A DNA stretch of 64,000 bases from Octopus sinensis (GCF_006345805.1 NC_043006.1:15500001-15564000); one strand, 5' to 3'. Positions 1-12,324 are shown, counted from the first letter of the stretch. Made by a program: numbers and translations. Notes: a model not told the origin generated them from the letters alone.

Positions 1-95
1 GCTGATCAAAGCCGTGTGAATGGATTTGATCGACGGAAACTGAAAGAAACCCGTCGTATATATGCATATATATGTCTGTGCTTGTCGCCCTTACC

Positions 96-144
<49 letters not shown>

Positions 145-337
145 GCTTGACAACCGATATTAGAGCGTTTACGTCCCCGTAACTTAGCGGTTCGGCGGAT
201 GGGTTGGATACAATAAGTACCAGGTTTTAAAAAGATAAGTACTGGTGGTTGATTCATTCGAGTAATATCTTTTGAAGGCGGTGCCCCAGTATGGTCGCAG
301 CCTTTTGACTGAAACAAATAATAGATAAAAAGATAAA
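1..337 (+). mobile_element. Old, diverged copy of SINE family A (5' part outside window), internal (CTA)n tract
   Basis: Matches younger copies in this window (34703-35114): gacggaaactgaaagaa...gcttgacaaccgat...tttacgtccccgtaacttagcggttcggc...ggcggtgccccagtatggtcgcag...gactgaaac, with (gataaaa)n tail. Confidence 0.8.
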
Positions 338-616
338 ATATGTATATAGTAACACGTGTGTGACCTACACTATGGAAATGGCATTAAAATACTTGTAGAA
401 ATGCTGAAAAATGGTAGCAACAATTTGACAAGAATTAGCATATATTACAATTGGTATTTATATTGTTTTTAGCTCATTTCAAGTAAGTCTTATCTAAGAA
501 TATATATATTTAGAGGTTCTAAATATTTTTTCTAGATGATTAAAGCACAAAATTAGAGTTTTCATTATACACAAGAAATAGCTTGAAGCATAAGTAGTTT
601 CAGAATTATGATTTTG

Positions 617-653
<37 letters not shown>

Positions 654-753
654 TATAAATATATGCCAATACATGCATGCATATATACATACATACATAT
701 AAACACATATACGTATATATATATATATATAATATATATATTATGTATGTATG

Positions 754-822
<69 letters not shown>

Positions 823-911
823 ATATATATGTATATATATGTATATATGTATATATATATATCTTTACATATATATATATGTATATATATGTATATATAT
901 ATATATATATG

Positions 912-1005
<94 letters not shown>
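617..1005. repeat. Compound (CA)n/(TA)n/(TATG)n microsatellite
   Basis: Direct reading; source of the YIYI-type ORFs. Confidence 0.95.
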
Positions 1006-1079
1006 GTACGCGCATATTTTGGCAACTGATGAACGCGTGCACTTTATAAAAGAGGTACTATTTTTCCTGTGAAACCAAA

Positions 1080-1345
1080 ACGATGAAAGGCAAAATCGAC
1101 CTCGGTGGAATTTGAATTTAGAACGTAAAGACGGGTGAAATGTCGCTAAGCTCTTTATCCAACGTGGTAACGATTCTGCCAGTTTGCCACCCTATTTACA
1201 TATATTGGTTTCGAATCTTTGACACGACGCCAACAAGATTGTGGGAGGGATTAAGTCGATTACATAGACACACCAGTGTTCAACTAGTACATATTTTATT
1301 GCCCCGAACGGATAAAAGGCAAAGTCGACCTGGGCGGAAATTTAT
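1080..1345 (-). mobile_element. Two diverged SINE family D fragments
   Basis: aaggcaaa(a/g)tcgacctcggtggaatttgaa...agaacgtaaagacg matches the reverse complement of family D copies at 3221 and 14563. Confidence 0.7.
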
Positions 1346-1780
1346 TGACATATATTAACACCATTTAACATTTCCAATTTCTCAATATGGTAAACTGATA
1401 TGTATCAGGAGAACAAGATAAGCTAAACATATTACTATTTACTCTGTTTTATATTATCCTCCGTGGTTACCATCTTGGCATGCACAAGCTTGTTGCTGGG
1501 TTTCTTGTACATATGACAACACGGCTCTATGTCTTCCAGTTTCTCAGTAATACGCATAAGTCAACTGTACTTTTAAGTGTTGTGCTTACAGCAACATTTG
1601 CCAAGCAGGTGACTTCCATTTTGGTAAAACTGTAAGGCTTTGCAAGTTCAATGCCAGGAAATGTTTCCGTCTGCAGCAAAGTGAAATGGTCAGTAGTATG
1701 ATAAGAATGTAATTCTGAGCCAATGAAAATTTCAAATTTAAAGCCTAGGTCTTGTTTTTTTCTGTTTTTTTTTTCTGCCT

Positions 1781-2240
1781 TTAACCCTCCAACACGGAGT
1801 ATACGTCACTTATAATTGACTTCCATGTCGCATAATCTTTCGCTTCTGTACTTATACTCTGCCTTGAATGTCCCCCTTTCTCATATCCCTTTTGTGTTGA
1901 TCTCCGCCACAAGTTCTTAGGCCTACCTCTCTTTCTATATCCATCCGGTTTCCACTGTAAAGCCCTTTTTGCTACATTTGGTGTTTCTTTTCTAATTGTG
2001 CTACCAATCCACTTCCACTTTTTCTTAAATATTTGCCCCCTAACCGAAACTTGATTTGTTCTTTGCCACAGCTCCATATTGCTTATATGTTCGGGCCATC
2101 TGATTTTAAGTATACTACGCAAACATCTGTTTTTATCTCTCTAGGTCTTGTACTGCAATAAAAATGTTGTTCGACCTCAGGTTTAAGTCCCACATTTCCC
2201 AACTATAGTTGAGCCATTATCCCCTTCTTTATTCAATCCC
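1781..2240 (-). mobile_element. RTE-clade LINE 3' end (RT thumb / C-terminal region), decayed
   Basis: ORF 1781-2122 RSILKIRWPEHISNMELWQRT...WKWIG...RKRGRPKNLWRRS is the typical RTE C-terminal motif series; upstream frame gives LNYSWEMWDL, resembling LLYGxETWxL; A-rich 3' flank. Confidence 0.8.
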
Positions 2241-3130
2241 ACAAAGTTTTATTTATCTTAACATTGGCATTTTGTAAAATCAGATTTAATTTATTTCTTA
2301 GTTGTTACTTTCTAAATAGTTTATGTTGCTCTTCCCTCATTTCTATCAAACCCGTTTATTACTCCAGCCTTTGTTTATATTTGCTGATAATCTGAACACA
2401 AAACAACCTAATTATTTTTGCTTTTCTTCATGCTTTGTATTTAATATCATAAATTTCTATTTATCATTTACTCCATACATTTGTATTCCGACAGTAAATC
2501 ATTCATAATAATACTCTTGTTGTTGGAGACTTCAAATTCTCTGAATTCGGAGTACATCATAATAAATATAATATTTATGATTTGATTTTGCAGTTGCACA
2601 TTCTCCATTGTTCTTCCATAATATTTATACCCGAATCCATTATGGTTTTGAATATTCATTAACATTGTTAGCGCCTGAGAGAAAAGGAACAAAGAGAGAA
2701 AGCTCACTTGTGAAATTCTTCGTCTAATAGGAGTGGGATTCGTTTATATAATTCCCTCGTTTGTTTGTATTTGCACATTTATTTGCGTTTTGTTCACATG
2801 TTTGATGCATCTGCTTATCACCAATGCTGCATTATTCATTTCTAATGTTTCTACAATTCACTTCTGCGGAGCACAGTCCTAACCATCCTGATAATCAATC
2901 CATGTCATGCTGTTTCAAACATAACCTCCGGTTATTGATTTGTCTATCAGCAATTGATCTTTTCAATTATAACAGCATTTACGTAGGAAACGCGGAACTA
3001 CCTTTTTATGTAATTATTTATTTTCTCCAGTGTTATTGCCTTAACGTAAACAAATGACTAATCTACAGCATAAGGGATTTTATGATTCTTTCAATTTTGA
3101 GCTTATTATCCTCTTCTACTGTAAGACAAT
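2240..3130 (-). mobile_element. Heavily decayed R4/Dong-like reverse transcriptase fragment
   Basis: Manual translation gives MTWIDYQDG*DCAPQK*IVETLEMN...QIQTNEGII*TNPTPIRRRISQ...NGFGYKYYGRT, colinear with MAWIDYKKAFDSIPHTWILETLAIN...QTKEGLMKTKDIPIRRGIFQ...GCGYKCYGKT of the 25.7-29.7 kb element. Confidence 0.7.
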
Positions 3131-3220
3131 CTTTCAGAAAACTTGGCCAAGAGAGGTCGACATCGCTTTTCATCCCTTCAGGTTTGATAAAGTAAAGTAG
3201 TCGATGGTATTAACTAACCC

Positions 3221-3638
3221 AAGGCGGCGAGCTGGGAGAATCGTTAGCACGCCAGGCGAAATGCTTTGCAGTACTTCGTCCGCCGCTGCATTCAGAGTTC
3301 AAAGTCCGCCGAGGTCAACTTTGCCTTTCTTCCTTTCGGGGTCGATAAATTAAATACCAGTTACGCACTGGTGTCGATGTAATCGACTTAATCCGTTTGT
3401 CTGTCCTTGTTTGTCCCCTCTATGTTTAGCCCCTTGTGGATAGTAAAGAAATAGGTATTTCGTCTGCCGTTACGTTCTGAGTTCAAATTCCACCGAGGTC
3501 GACTTTGCCTTTCATCCTTTCGTGGTCGATAAATTAAGTACCAGTTACGCACTGGGGCCGATGTAACCGACTTAATCCGTTTGTCTGTCCTTGTTTGTCA
3601 CCCTCTGTGCTTAGCCCCTTGTGGGCAGTAAAGAAATA
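3221..3638 (+). mobile_element. SINE family D head+body+body dimer with 15-bp target-site duplication
   Basis: tRNA-like head aaggcggcgagctgg..., body repeated twice with junction aaagaaataggtatttcgtctg; TSD ggtattaactaaccc at 3206-3220 and 3639-3653; nested in an older D-related copy. Confidence 0.85.
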
Positions 3639-4107
3639 GGTATTAACTAACCCATCCCCCTAAAAGTTCTGGGCCCGTGCCAAAAACTTATCGTTATAAC
3701 TAAAGTTTCGTTATCGTTATTACTGTCGTGCATCTCATTATTGAAATAATTTGTTCACTTTTCAACAATTTTGTTTCAACTTTAAATAAGGATCCTCGAT
3801 TCACTGAGTAAAGAAGAGAATTGAGAAAGCGTTGTTCAAAAGGAAACAATTTTCTTAGTCTTTATTTGTGTTCGTCCGTTTTGCTTGCTTGTTAGAATTT
3901 CGGCGACGACAAAGCCCAACATTAGAGGTGGCGGGAGAAACTCATACAACCATAAAGTTGCACAAAAACAAAAACATTTACAATAATAACAACAACGGTT
4001 TCCCTAAGTTTTTTACTAAAGCAAGCTGCAAGGATTCCAGCAGCAACAACAATAAAAGCGACAACAGCAGTGTCAGTAACAACAGCGATAGTGACAGCAA
4101 CAGCAAA

Positions 4108-4222
4108 GCGGAGGTGCAATGGCCCAGTGGTTAGGGCAGCGGACTCGCGGTCGTGGGAAAGCAGTTTCGATTCCCAGACCGGGTATTGTGAGTGTTTATT
4201 GAGCAAAAACAACTCAGCTCCA
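4108..4222 (+). mobile_element. SINE family C head only (tRNA-derived, Pol III A and B boxes)
   Basis: ggaggtgcaatggcccagtggttagggcagcggactcgcgg...gtttcgattcccagaccggg matches the heads at 37293 and 62102. Confidence 0.85.
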
Positions 4223-4245
4223 GACCTTATTCACCTACCCAATGA

Positions 4246-4416
4246 ATAGAGCTGCGGGTTGCGGTTGAAGGCAGAAAGCTAAGATGTCACTTGTGCGGTG
4301 CAGAACCCCACTTCAGAGATTTCTTACCTCAACAAAAAGCAGAAGAAGAGAGTCTCCAAACTACTGCCCACCGAAGCCCTAAATGCAATAACAGGACACA
4401 ACAGCAACAACAGTAA
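4246..4416 (+). pseudogene. LINE ORF1 (gag-like) zinc-knuckle remnant
   Basis: Manual translation IELRVAVEGRKLRCHLCGAEPHFRDFLP = VEGR-x-CX2CX4HX4(C>L) knuckle, followed by a Q/T-rich low-complexity tail. Confidence 0.5.
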
Positions 4417-4804
4417 ATGGGACAGGAGCAACACCAGCATCAACAACAGCCAATAACAGTAGTAACAAGAATACTTGCAACAACAACGACACCCGCGATA
4501 TTAGAACCAAGACCGGCCGCTCCACTGGAAAATATCCAATTTAAACCCCTCCTTTCTACTTTCAGACGTCGCAAACGTACTTTTACTCCCTCCCCAGTTG
4601 GATGGTCCCGATGAGTAATTAATAATTGATAAAAAAATAAAAAGAGACAATAATAATTTCTAAAAGGTGATACCTGCACTGAACGAGCTACACATTCACG
4701 ACAGTAAAACCGCTCACGGCAAGCACAGACGAATCCTGAACAACTCTACCACCACCCACAGCATTACCCACATTAATAAAAAAGAAAACACACTCAAGAC
4801 TAGT

Positions 4805-5166
4805 GGAAGCACTCCGTCGGTTACGATGATGAGGGTTCCGGTTGATCCGAATCAACGGAACAGCCTGCTCGTGAAATTAACGTGTAAGTGGTTGAGCACT
4901 CCACAGACACGTGCACCCTTAACGTAGTTCTCGGGGATATTCAGCGTGACACAGAGAGTGACAAGGCCAACCCTTTGAAATACAGGTACAACAGAAACAG
5001 GGAGTGAGAGAAAGTTGTGGTGACAGAGTACAGCAGGGATCACCACCATCCCCTGCCGGAGCTTCGTGGAACTTTTAGGTGTTTTCGCTCAATAAACACT
5101 CACAACGCTCGGTCTGGGAATCGAAACCGCGAGTCCGCTGCCCTAACCACTGGGCCATTGCACCTC
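4805..5166 (-). mobile_element. SINE family C1 (tRNA head, RTE-type stem-loop tail) with 16-bp TSD
   Basis: TSD cacactcaagactagt at 4789-4804 and 5167-5182; close match to 36910-37293. Confidence 0.9.
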
Positions 5167-5369
5167 CACACTCAAGACTAGTAAGCTGACGCACAAACAG
5201 ATTGTCATCCCTTCCTCCGACCCCCCCCCTCTGCAATAAAAGCTTTGTGTTGATAAGATGCGTTAATAAAAATCTTATGCCATTTGTCGGAATAAAGGAA
5301 AGCATTAACAGAACGAGGGGCCACAAGAAATTTTGTCGTTATAATTTTGCTGTTAGTTTTATTGCTTTA

Positions 5370-5851
5370 CAGTAATCATTCGACTACCGCGGGTTTTACG
5401 TTCCAAAACACCGTAATAGGTGAAAATCTGCGAAGTAGAAACAGTACTGTACTGTATATTTTTTTAATTATTTTTATAATTTGCATATATTTATCAGAAA
5501 TGCGAAACACCACCACACACACGCCTTCCGAGTTTCGTTTTCCATACAGTATATGCGATTCTTTGTTTGCTCACCTATGGTACGCTACATATATTTAAAA
5601 AATATATTCTAATTAATGTTTTACAGTGCAGTACTGTATTTTTATCTATTAATTTATTAATTTTTAGTCGTGAAAATACTTATTTTACCACAGAAATAAT
5701 CAAAATCTGAAAAAAGTTTTAATACCTATCGGCTGCAGAAACCCGCGATATACTGAGGAGTCCGCGATATAAATTTACATATATTAGCCAGAAAAATTCC
5801 CGATGTACTGAGGGCGCGATAGGTGAACCACGATTTGGCGAGTGACAACTG
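5370..5851. mobile_element. Tigger/pogo-like MITE
   Basis: Imperfect terminal inverted repeats cagtaatcattcgactaccgcgg / ccacgatttggcgagtgacaactg after a TA; internal repeated ccgcgatata motifs; no ORF. Confidence 0.55.
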
Positions 5852-5944
5852 CATATTATTCACATCTGTTTGTTTAAATCCTTCTGTCCTTGTCTTTGTT
5901 TTCGTGGGCATTGTGACAAAAGACGGTGAAAAGCATTTCCTTCT

Positions 5945-6335
5945 ATTGTTTCTGTTCTAGCATCAAATTTCGCATAGTTCAACTCTGTCTTTCATCCCTT
6001 TGCGGGTTGATAAAATGAAGTACCAGTCAAGTACAGGGGTCGATGTAATTCATTAACTCCTTTCTCCGAGAACTACGGGTCTTGTGCCAAAATGCGAAAC
6101 AATTATTAACACGAATCTGGAAGAATCGTTAGCGAGTCGGACTGAATGCTTAGCGGCATTTCTACCAGGGCTTTACGTTCTGAGATAAAGTTGTATTAAG
6201 GTCAAATTTCGCCGAAGTCAACTCTGCCTTCCTTTCGGGATTGATAAAATGATGTATCAACCAACGGCTGGAACCCATGAGATCGACCACCCCATCCCTA
6301 GTTGCTGGCCGTATTCCAAAATTTAAAACAATTAC
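5945..6335 (+). mobile_element. Old SINE family D-related copies in tandem
   Basis: ctttcatccctttgcgggttgataaaatgaagtaccag...ggggtcgatgtaat and a second head gaatcgttagcgagtcgg. Confidence 0.6.
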
Positions 6336-8146
6336 TATTATTGTTCTTCATTGTAAGGTAAGTCCGTTCAGGTGATTTGCATCCAGCTGGGTAATGGAAA
6401 GAAACAGATCATAAATAAATAATTAACCATAAATATTTATCAAAATTAAAAGAGAATATGTTGAACTGATTACTATGTCACATTAGCAACGTTTCTTTGT
6501 GGCCACAGCAGCTTAAATTCCACTTATCTTCCAGCCTTCGTCGACCGAACTCTTTAAACCCCCTCCTTAAAAATCTATGATACTAATTTTAAAATTAAGA
6601 ATAAACTATCGATTTCAAATATAAGGATAAACATTAAATTGGGGGTATCGTGTATAATCGATTAAATCTACGGCAATACTAAGCTGGGTTTTTATCTTAT
6701 CGCTTCTTTGAAGGATGAATAGCAACGTTGATCGTAGCTGAATTTGAACTCAGAACGTAACGCATTTTGTATGGCGCTCAGCGGTTTTACCAATCCATCG
6801 CACGAATTAAGAATAAAATAAAGAAATCAGAATCAAAGAAATAAAAAGAAAAACACTATTCCCATAGAAAATATTTTGCTTAATTAGATTTTGTCCACGT
6901 TATTTAATTAATTTTTCAATTATATAACACCTCGATGTTCATGATGATTATTTAACTTTTTTGTTTATTGTATTTAATTATTAGTTTTGTATCATATATG
7001 AACGTTTATGCTAACGGTGATACACAATGCGTAAAAAAAAAGCCAGAACGGAAACGGCATCCAAGCGAGTATATGTAAAACTGTCGGAAAGAAATGCAAA
7101 ATCCATTCTATGGTAAAATCTAGATGAAATAATATTGAAACAGTTCGATGATTCTTTCTTGTTTATAAAGTCAATAATTTTCTTACAGAGACATGTGTGT
7201 TTTTGTTCGCATTCATATTACTGTTATAGTTTCCCGTAAGCATTCTTCTCTATATTACAAGAAAGAGAAATATCTAAAATATCTATAGAGATAATCAGAG
7301 GTAAAACGAAAAACTGAAGTTAATTTGGGCAAGTGTTTCCCTCATATATTCCTGTGTATATCGACTGTCATTGAGAGAGAAAGGGAGAGATAAATAAACA
7401 GAGAGAGGGAGAGAAAGAGAGAAATAAATAGATAGAGAGAGGGAGAGAAAGAGAGTGTTATCTTGCGTGATAAGCAAGCTGTGCAGATGATTAGTTCGGT
7501 TGTCTTAGAATGAAGATTTTGAGAAACATTGTTCTTTCTGAAAAGGAACACCAGTCAGCTACAAGTTATCTACAATCTAACGGCCACCTACCGCTCGTGC
7601 CATCCACCATCAACAATTGTTGCTTCTGCACACGTTTACTTGATATCCTAGATTTAAGTTTACTAGGTTAATGATTGTTGTTTTTGCTAGATTTTCCATG
7701 AATAGTCAACTTCCTTCCATGATTGTTTCTTATATTTATAACTCTCAAAGAGCGGAAAGATATTCTATTAAACAGTGACTTTCGCATCAAGAACAGGGAT
7801 ACACTAAACTACAAATAAATTCGTTGAGAAAAGAATAACATCATTTATACTAAAATTTGTTGAACTTAGTTTTCGTGGAACAGTAGGATCAACATCTAGA
7901 TATTCTTTTCTTTTACTTGTTTCAGTCATTTGACTGCGGCCACGCTGGAGCACCGCCTTTAGTTGAGCAAATCGACACCAGGAATTATTCTTTGTAAGGC
8001 TAGTACTTATTCTATCGGTCTCTTTTGCCGAACCGCTAAGTTACGGGGAGGCAAACACACCACCATCGGTTGTCAAGCGATGTTGGTGGTGGGGGGACAA
8101 ACACAGACGCACAAGCATATACACACACATATATATATATATATAT

Positions 8147-8302
8147 GGAAAATTTACGAAAAAAACAACAAAAGACGAAGACAGGTGGTGTACAAAACAA
8201 ACAGATGTATTAGTATAACGCTCAGGAATAGAAAAAGTCTTTACGTTTCGAGCCTACGCTCTTCTACAGAAAGGGACACTGAAAAAACAAGGAGAGAAAC
8301 AA

Positions 8303-8305
<3 letters not shown>
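8147..8305 (-). mobile_element. Penelope-like pseudo-LTR fragment flanked by (TA)n
   Basis: Unique insert between TA tracts; carries a minimal hammerhead-like motif on the minus strand. Confidence 0.5.
8237..8277 (-). ncRNA. Minimal type I hammerhead ribozyme motif (Penelope type), core variant CUGUAGA
   Basis: Minus strand GUCCCUUU-CUGUAGA-A-GAGC(GUAG)GCUC-GAAAC-GUA-AAGAC: 4-bp stem II, loop-less palindromic ACGU stem III, weak stem I; A6 replaced by U. Confidence 0.5.
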
Positions 8306-8333
<28 letters not shown>

Positions 8334-9228
8334 CGACGAGCTTCTTTCAGTTTCCGTCCACCAAATCCACTCACAAGGCTTTGGTCGGCCCGAGGCTATA
8401 GTAGAAGACGCAGTGGGACTGAACCCGGAACCATGTGGCTGGTAAGCAAGCTACTTACCACACAGCCACTCCTACGCCTATACATTTATATTTTGTGTAC
8501 ATCATTTATTAATTTAAATTTTTGAACAGTTTCCTACTTATTAATCATATTTCAGTTCTTCAGAATTAATATCCATAATACTTTCTTTTTCTTTTATACA
8601 TGCGGTATAAGATTAGTTTATATTAAAACCTAGTTGCGGACGAATCGTTGATTACATCCGTGTAACCTAGCACTTAGGCAAAAAGCGCCGATAGAATAAA
8701 TACGAGGCTGCGGTCGATTTGTGTGACTAAACCTTTCAAGGCGGTGTCCCAGCATGGCCGCAGTTCAATGAAGGAAAGAAGCAAAAGGTAGAAGACAGCC
8801 ACTGCAGGGCCATTTCTATAATGAGTAATTATACCTATAATTTCTCCTCTATTGTTGCTTCTACGCTCAGGAGTAGCTTCGAGTACTATTTCATGAATCA
8901 ATGGCTATAAATATATGATAACATTCACAAAAGCTTAAGTACATATCTGCTTTACACATAAATACTACTTTTAAAAGATTTAAATAAAGCTCTCTGTACA
9001 TCCTATCTTTTGTGAAAGGTAAATATAGCTTCTTCAGCAAAGAATAAATATGCTTATCTTTCTTTTACTCTACTACCGATTCTAAAATCTTTCAGTGTCA
9101 GTGTATGGATCAATAATGACAAGCATAACATTCACGAGAACTTTGGTAAATGTGTACTTCATATACAAATAGTAATTGTAAAAGTGAAACGTTCTGTGAA
9201 TAGTATTTTATGAAAGGTAAAAGTAGCT

Positions 9229-9639
9229 ACTCTTTTACTCTTTTACTCTTTTACTTGTTTCAGTCATTTGACTTCGGCCATGCTGGAGCACCGCCTTTTG
9301 TCGAGCAAATCGACCCCGGGACTTATTCTTTGTAAGCCCAGTACTTATTCTATCGGTCTCTTTTGCCGAACCGCTAAGTGACGGGGACGTAAACACACCA
9401 GCATCGGTTGTCAAGCAATGCTAGGGGGACAAACACAGACACACAAACACATACACACATATATATATACATATATATGACAGGCTTCTTTCAGTTTCCG
9501 TCTACCAAATCCACTCAGAAGGCTTTGGTCGGCCCGGGGCTATAGCAGAAGACACTTGCCCAAGGTGCCACGCAGTGGGACTGAACCCGGAACCATGTAG
9601 TTGGTTAGCAATTACTTACCACACAGCCACTCCTGCGCC
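9229..9639 (-). mobile_element. SINE family A, full length, (gtaaaaga)n tail
   Basis: A box tggctgtgtgg and B box ggttcagtccc on the minus strand; internal (TA/TG)n; 8-nt tail repeats; short ctact duplication at the ends. Confidence 0.9.
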
Positions 9640-9922
9640 TACTACTGCATAACCCTTTGTATAAATAATAATTATACGTATACTTTCTTTTGTATTATTG
9701 TTTCTATGCCAGTAACAACAGTTGAATATTTGGTTTACAATTGGTTAAATATTTCTGCAGTTATCTTATTAGAAAGAAGGCCTCGGAACTATTTCTAAGT
9801 AACACCAAACCAAACCAAACCAAACGACATCTCATCTAGGCCACCTCACTTTCTCATTAATTGAGTTATAAATTTTTGTAACTTTTATAACCTGGTTCAG
9901 CAGTTTGAGACCTCTGTAATTA

Positions 9923-12306
9923 CTGTATATTTTCGCGTATAAGACAACCTTTAATTTATCCTAAAATTTATCCTACAAATTTGGGGTCGTCTTATACCAC
10001 CATTATAAAAATCAAACTTTGAATTTTAAGTGGTTTTATAAGTAAGCTAACCGCAACCTCAGTGCGATAAACACAAACATACGTAAACAGATTAGCAAAA
10101 TAAAAAAATTAAATATAGGTTATAAAAACATTTTTACTTTATATATTATTGGCATATCTTCATAATATATAGTTTATTCGAGAGATAATTCTATATCATT
10201 GAAAACAACTTTTATCTATGGGAACTCCGCTGAGAAAATATAAACATCAAGTTATGGTTACGCTCACAGTAAACTTTATCTTTCGCTAATCTTTCAAAAA
10301 TTGTAATGGTGGTGTATAACTGTAGTAATAACATTTCGAATAATATATTTATATTTTTCACAAAATATCTATTATCATTTAGTGGCAAGTAACAATTTGG
10401 ATTACACACTACATTTATTTTTGGATAAAATTATTTTACAGTAATTGCATTTAAAACATAAGACATAATATTTTTTATCTCCTATCAAGATAAATAGTAT
10501 TAATAAAACATCAAACTTGCCACAGGTATTTATCTAAAACCCATCAAATTCCTCACAATCATCACTATCTGTCGCTAAAAAATTCTCATACATACCACAA
10601 GATTCATCACATATGCCATCGTCATAAGGATTCCAATCTGGTACTGGTGGATTGACTTCGACTTCGTCATCGCTATTGTACAAAATATCATCTTCGTACC
10701 ATCCATGGCATTAGAGATACCGCATTTTTAAAATGATTTTATTTATATTTTCTACTTTAACTTTGCCCCATGCCTTTATAACAAAATCACAGAGAACATC
10801 AAGTGAGACTACGCATAGTTCCACATTTTGTAAAAGATTTTTGTCCATTCATCATCCAGTCATTCCATTGCTCTCTCACATTATCTTTAAATAGTTTGTT
10901 TAAACTGACATCTAGTGGCTGCAGTATAGAAATCAAACCACCCGGAATAACAGCAATATCACTATTGGTTTTGGATAACCGGTTTTTAGTATTTGCCGTT
11001 ACGTGCCTACGAAACATATCCCAAACTAATAAACTGCGTTCGTTTCGTATGCCACCTGACTGCCTGTTCCAAATATTCTCAATCCATAATTTCATGTTAC
11101 TCTCGTCCATCCACCCTTTCTTGTGAAAATGAACAAAAACGCCAGGGGAAAAATCTATTTTGGTCTTTGTTTTACATTTAAAAATAACCATGGGTTTTAA
11201 TTTTGTACCGTCAGCCATGCAAGATAATACCACCGTAAACCTCGATTTCTCATATCCTGTACCTTTAACGTGCTGTGTTTTTACCCCTTTCAAATCTACC
11301 GTTTTGTTTCCCAGAACGTCAAAGTTGAATGGAGTTTCATCCATATTTCCAATATGAGACAATGGAAACCGATGTCCTTATCCCAGCTGGATGATGAACT
11401 GAAGAATACTGGTTACTGTGTAATTCAGATGTCTCGGGAGTTTTGGGGCGATTTTTATTTTCTCCCTTATCACCAAATTTCTGCTGTTCATAAAGCGATT
11501 GTACCAACCTACTGTTGCTTTAAAATCTTTACCTTCTCCTTCATATGATGTAGCCCACTTTAGGGCCATAAGATCTTATTTTATTTCGTATTACAATGCA
11601 GCCATCTTATCTCTGCTGAAGTACTCATTCTGCTACATCCCTTTCCAACTTCGGCCAACGAGTGCTTCCTCTTCTCATAGCACATTTTTGTTTGGGCATT
11701 TGTCTTAATTTTTCCTCATTCTTTCTCCACTGTCGACCATCTTCTTGGTAACATAGAATATTCTAGCGGCAGCACAATTGTTCGAACTCTTGGCTACTTC
11801 TATATCTTTCAATTTGAAACTAGACTCATATATTCTTTTTACTGGTGGTTGCATATTGGTATGAGTATAACATAATTATAAATTTCCCTCGACTGGACAG
11901 TTTGTGATTTTATATGAAGCATAGGTAAATGGTTATTAATATTTCAGGCTGACTGTAACTGTTTAGAACATTGCAGTCATACGAACCGCCATTATGTTAT
12001 TGTTGTTCGCGGTTGTTACGATTGCGATAAAGTTTCGATGAAGAAGTATCAGGTTACGCTTTAGGAAACGTGGGTATGAAAAAACATGATATAGAAACGG
12101 ATTTGTTATTTCGTTTATTTTAAATTCTAAGGATATAGTAAGTAAAAAGAAATCATTTGTAATAAGATCATCTTTACATGACCAATATTTCTAAAGATAC
12201 CTGTCGTAAAAGCTAGCCTATACTAATTTAGAAGTAGTCTTATACTACAGATATGAGATGCATTCATGAATTTCTTTTACAAATTTTGACCTCATCTTAT
12301 CCGGTA
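9923..12306 (-). mobile_element. pogo/Tigger-family DNA transposon, decayed
   Basis: Left end TA-ctgtatattttcgcgtataagac is pogo-like; right end degenerate (tcttatccggta, boundary uncertain); internal transposase remnant. Confidence 0.75.
10534..11854 (-). pseudogene. pogo-type DDE_1 transposase with N-terminal Brinker-like and CENP-B HTH domains, frameshifted
   Basis: ORF 10799-11362: IGNMDETP...RFTVVL...DGTKLKPMVIFK...KGWMD...LLVWDMFRRH...IPGGLISILQPLDVSLNK; manual N-terminus MQPPVKRIYESSFKLKDIEVAKSSNNCAAAR; acidic C-terminus ending EEFDGF*. Confidence 0.9.
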
Positions 12307-12324
12307 CTTCTCACCAAAGCATCT

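Larger units (their letters stand above)
7905..8478 (-). mobile_element. SINE family A copy interrupted by a 159-bp insert in its internal (TA)n tract
   Basis: Matches 9229-9639 and 46851-47262 on both sides of the insert; small internal deletion near 8410. Confidence 0.9.

Noticed and set aside
473-482. 10-nt microexon-like ag/CTCATTTCAA/gtaagt
   Set aside because: Such motifs are frequent by chance in AT-rich DNA; no supporting context.
1015-1085. CTGATGA ... GAAA at 1026-1074; similar isolated CTGATGA at 39649 and 47539
   Set aside because: No stem II/III pairing and no cleavage triplet.
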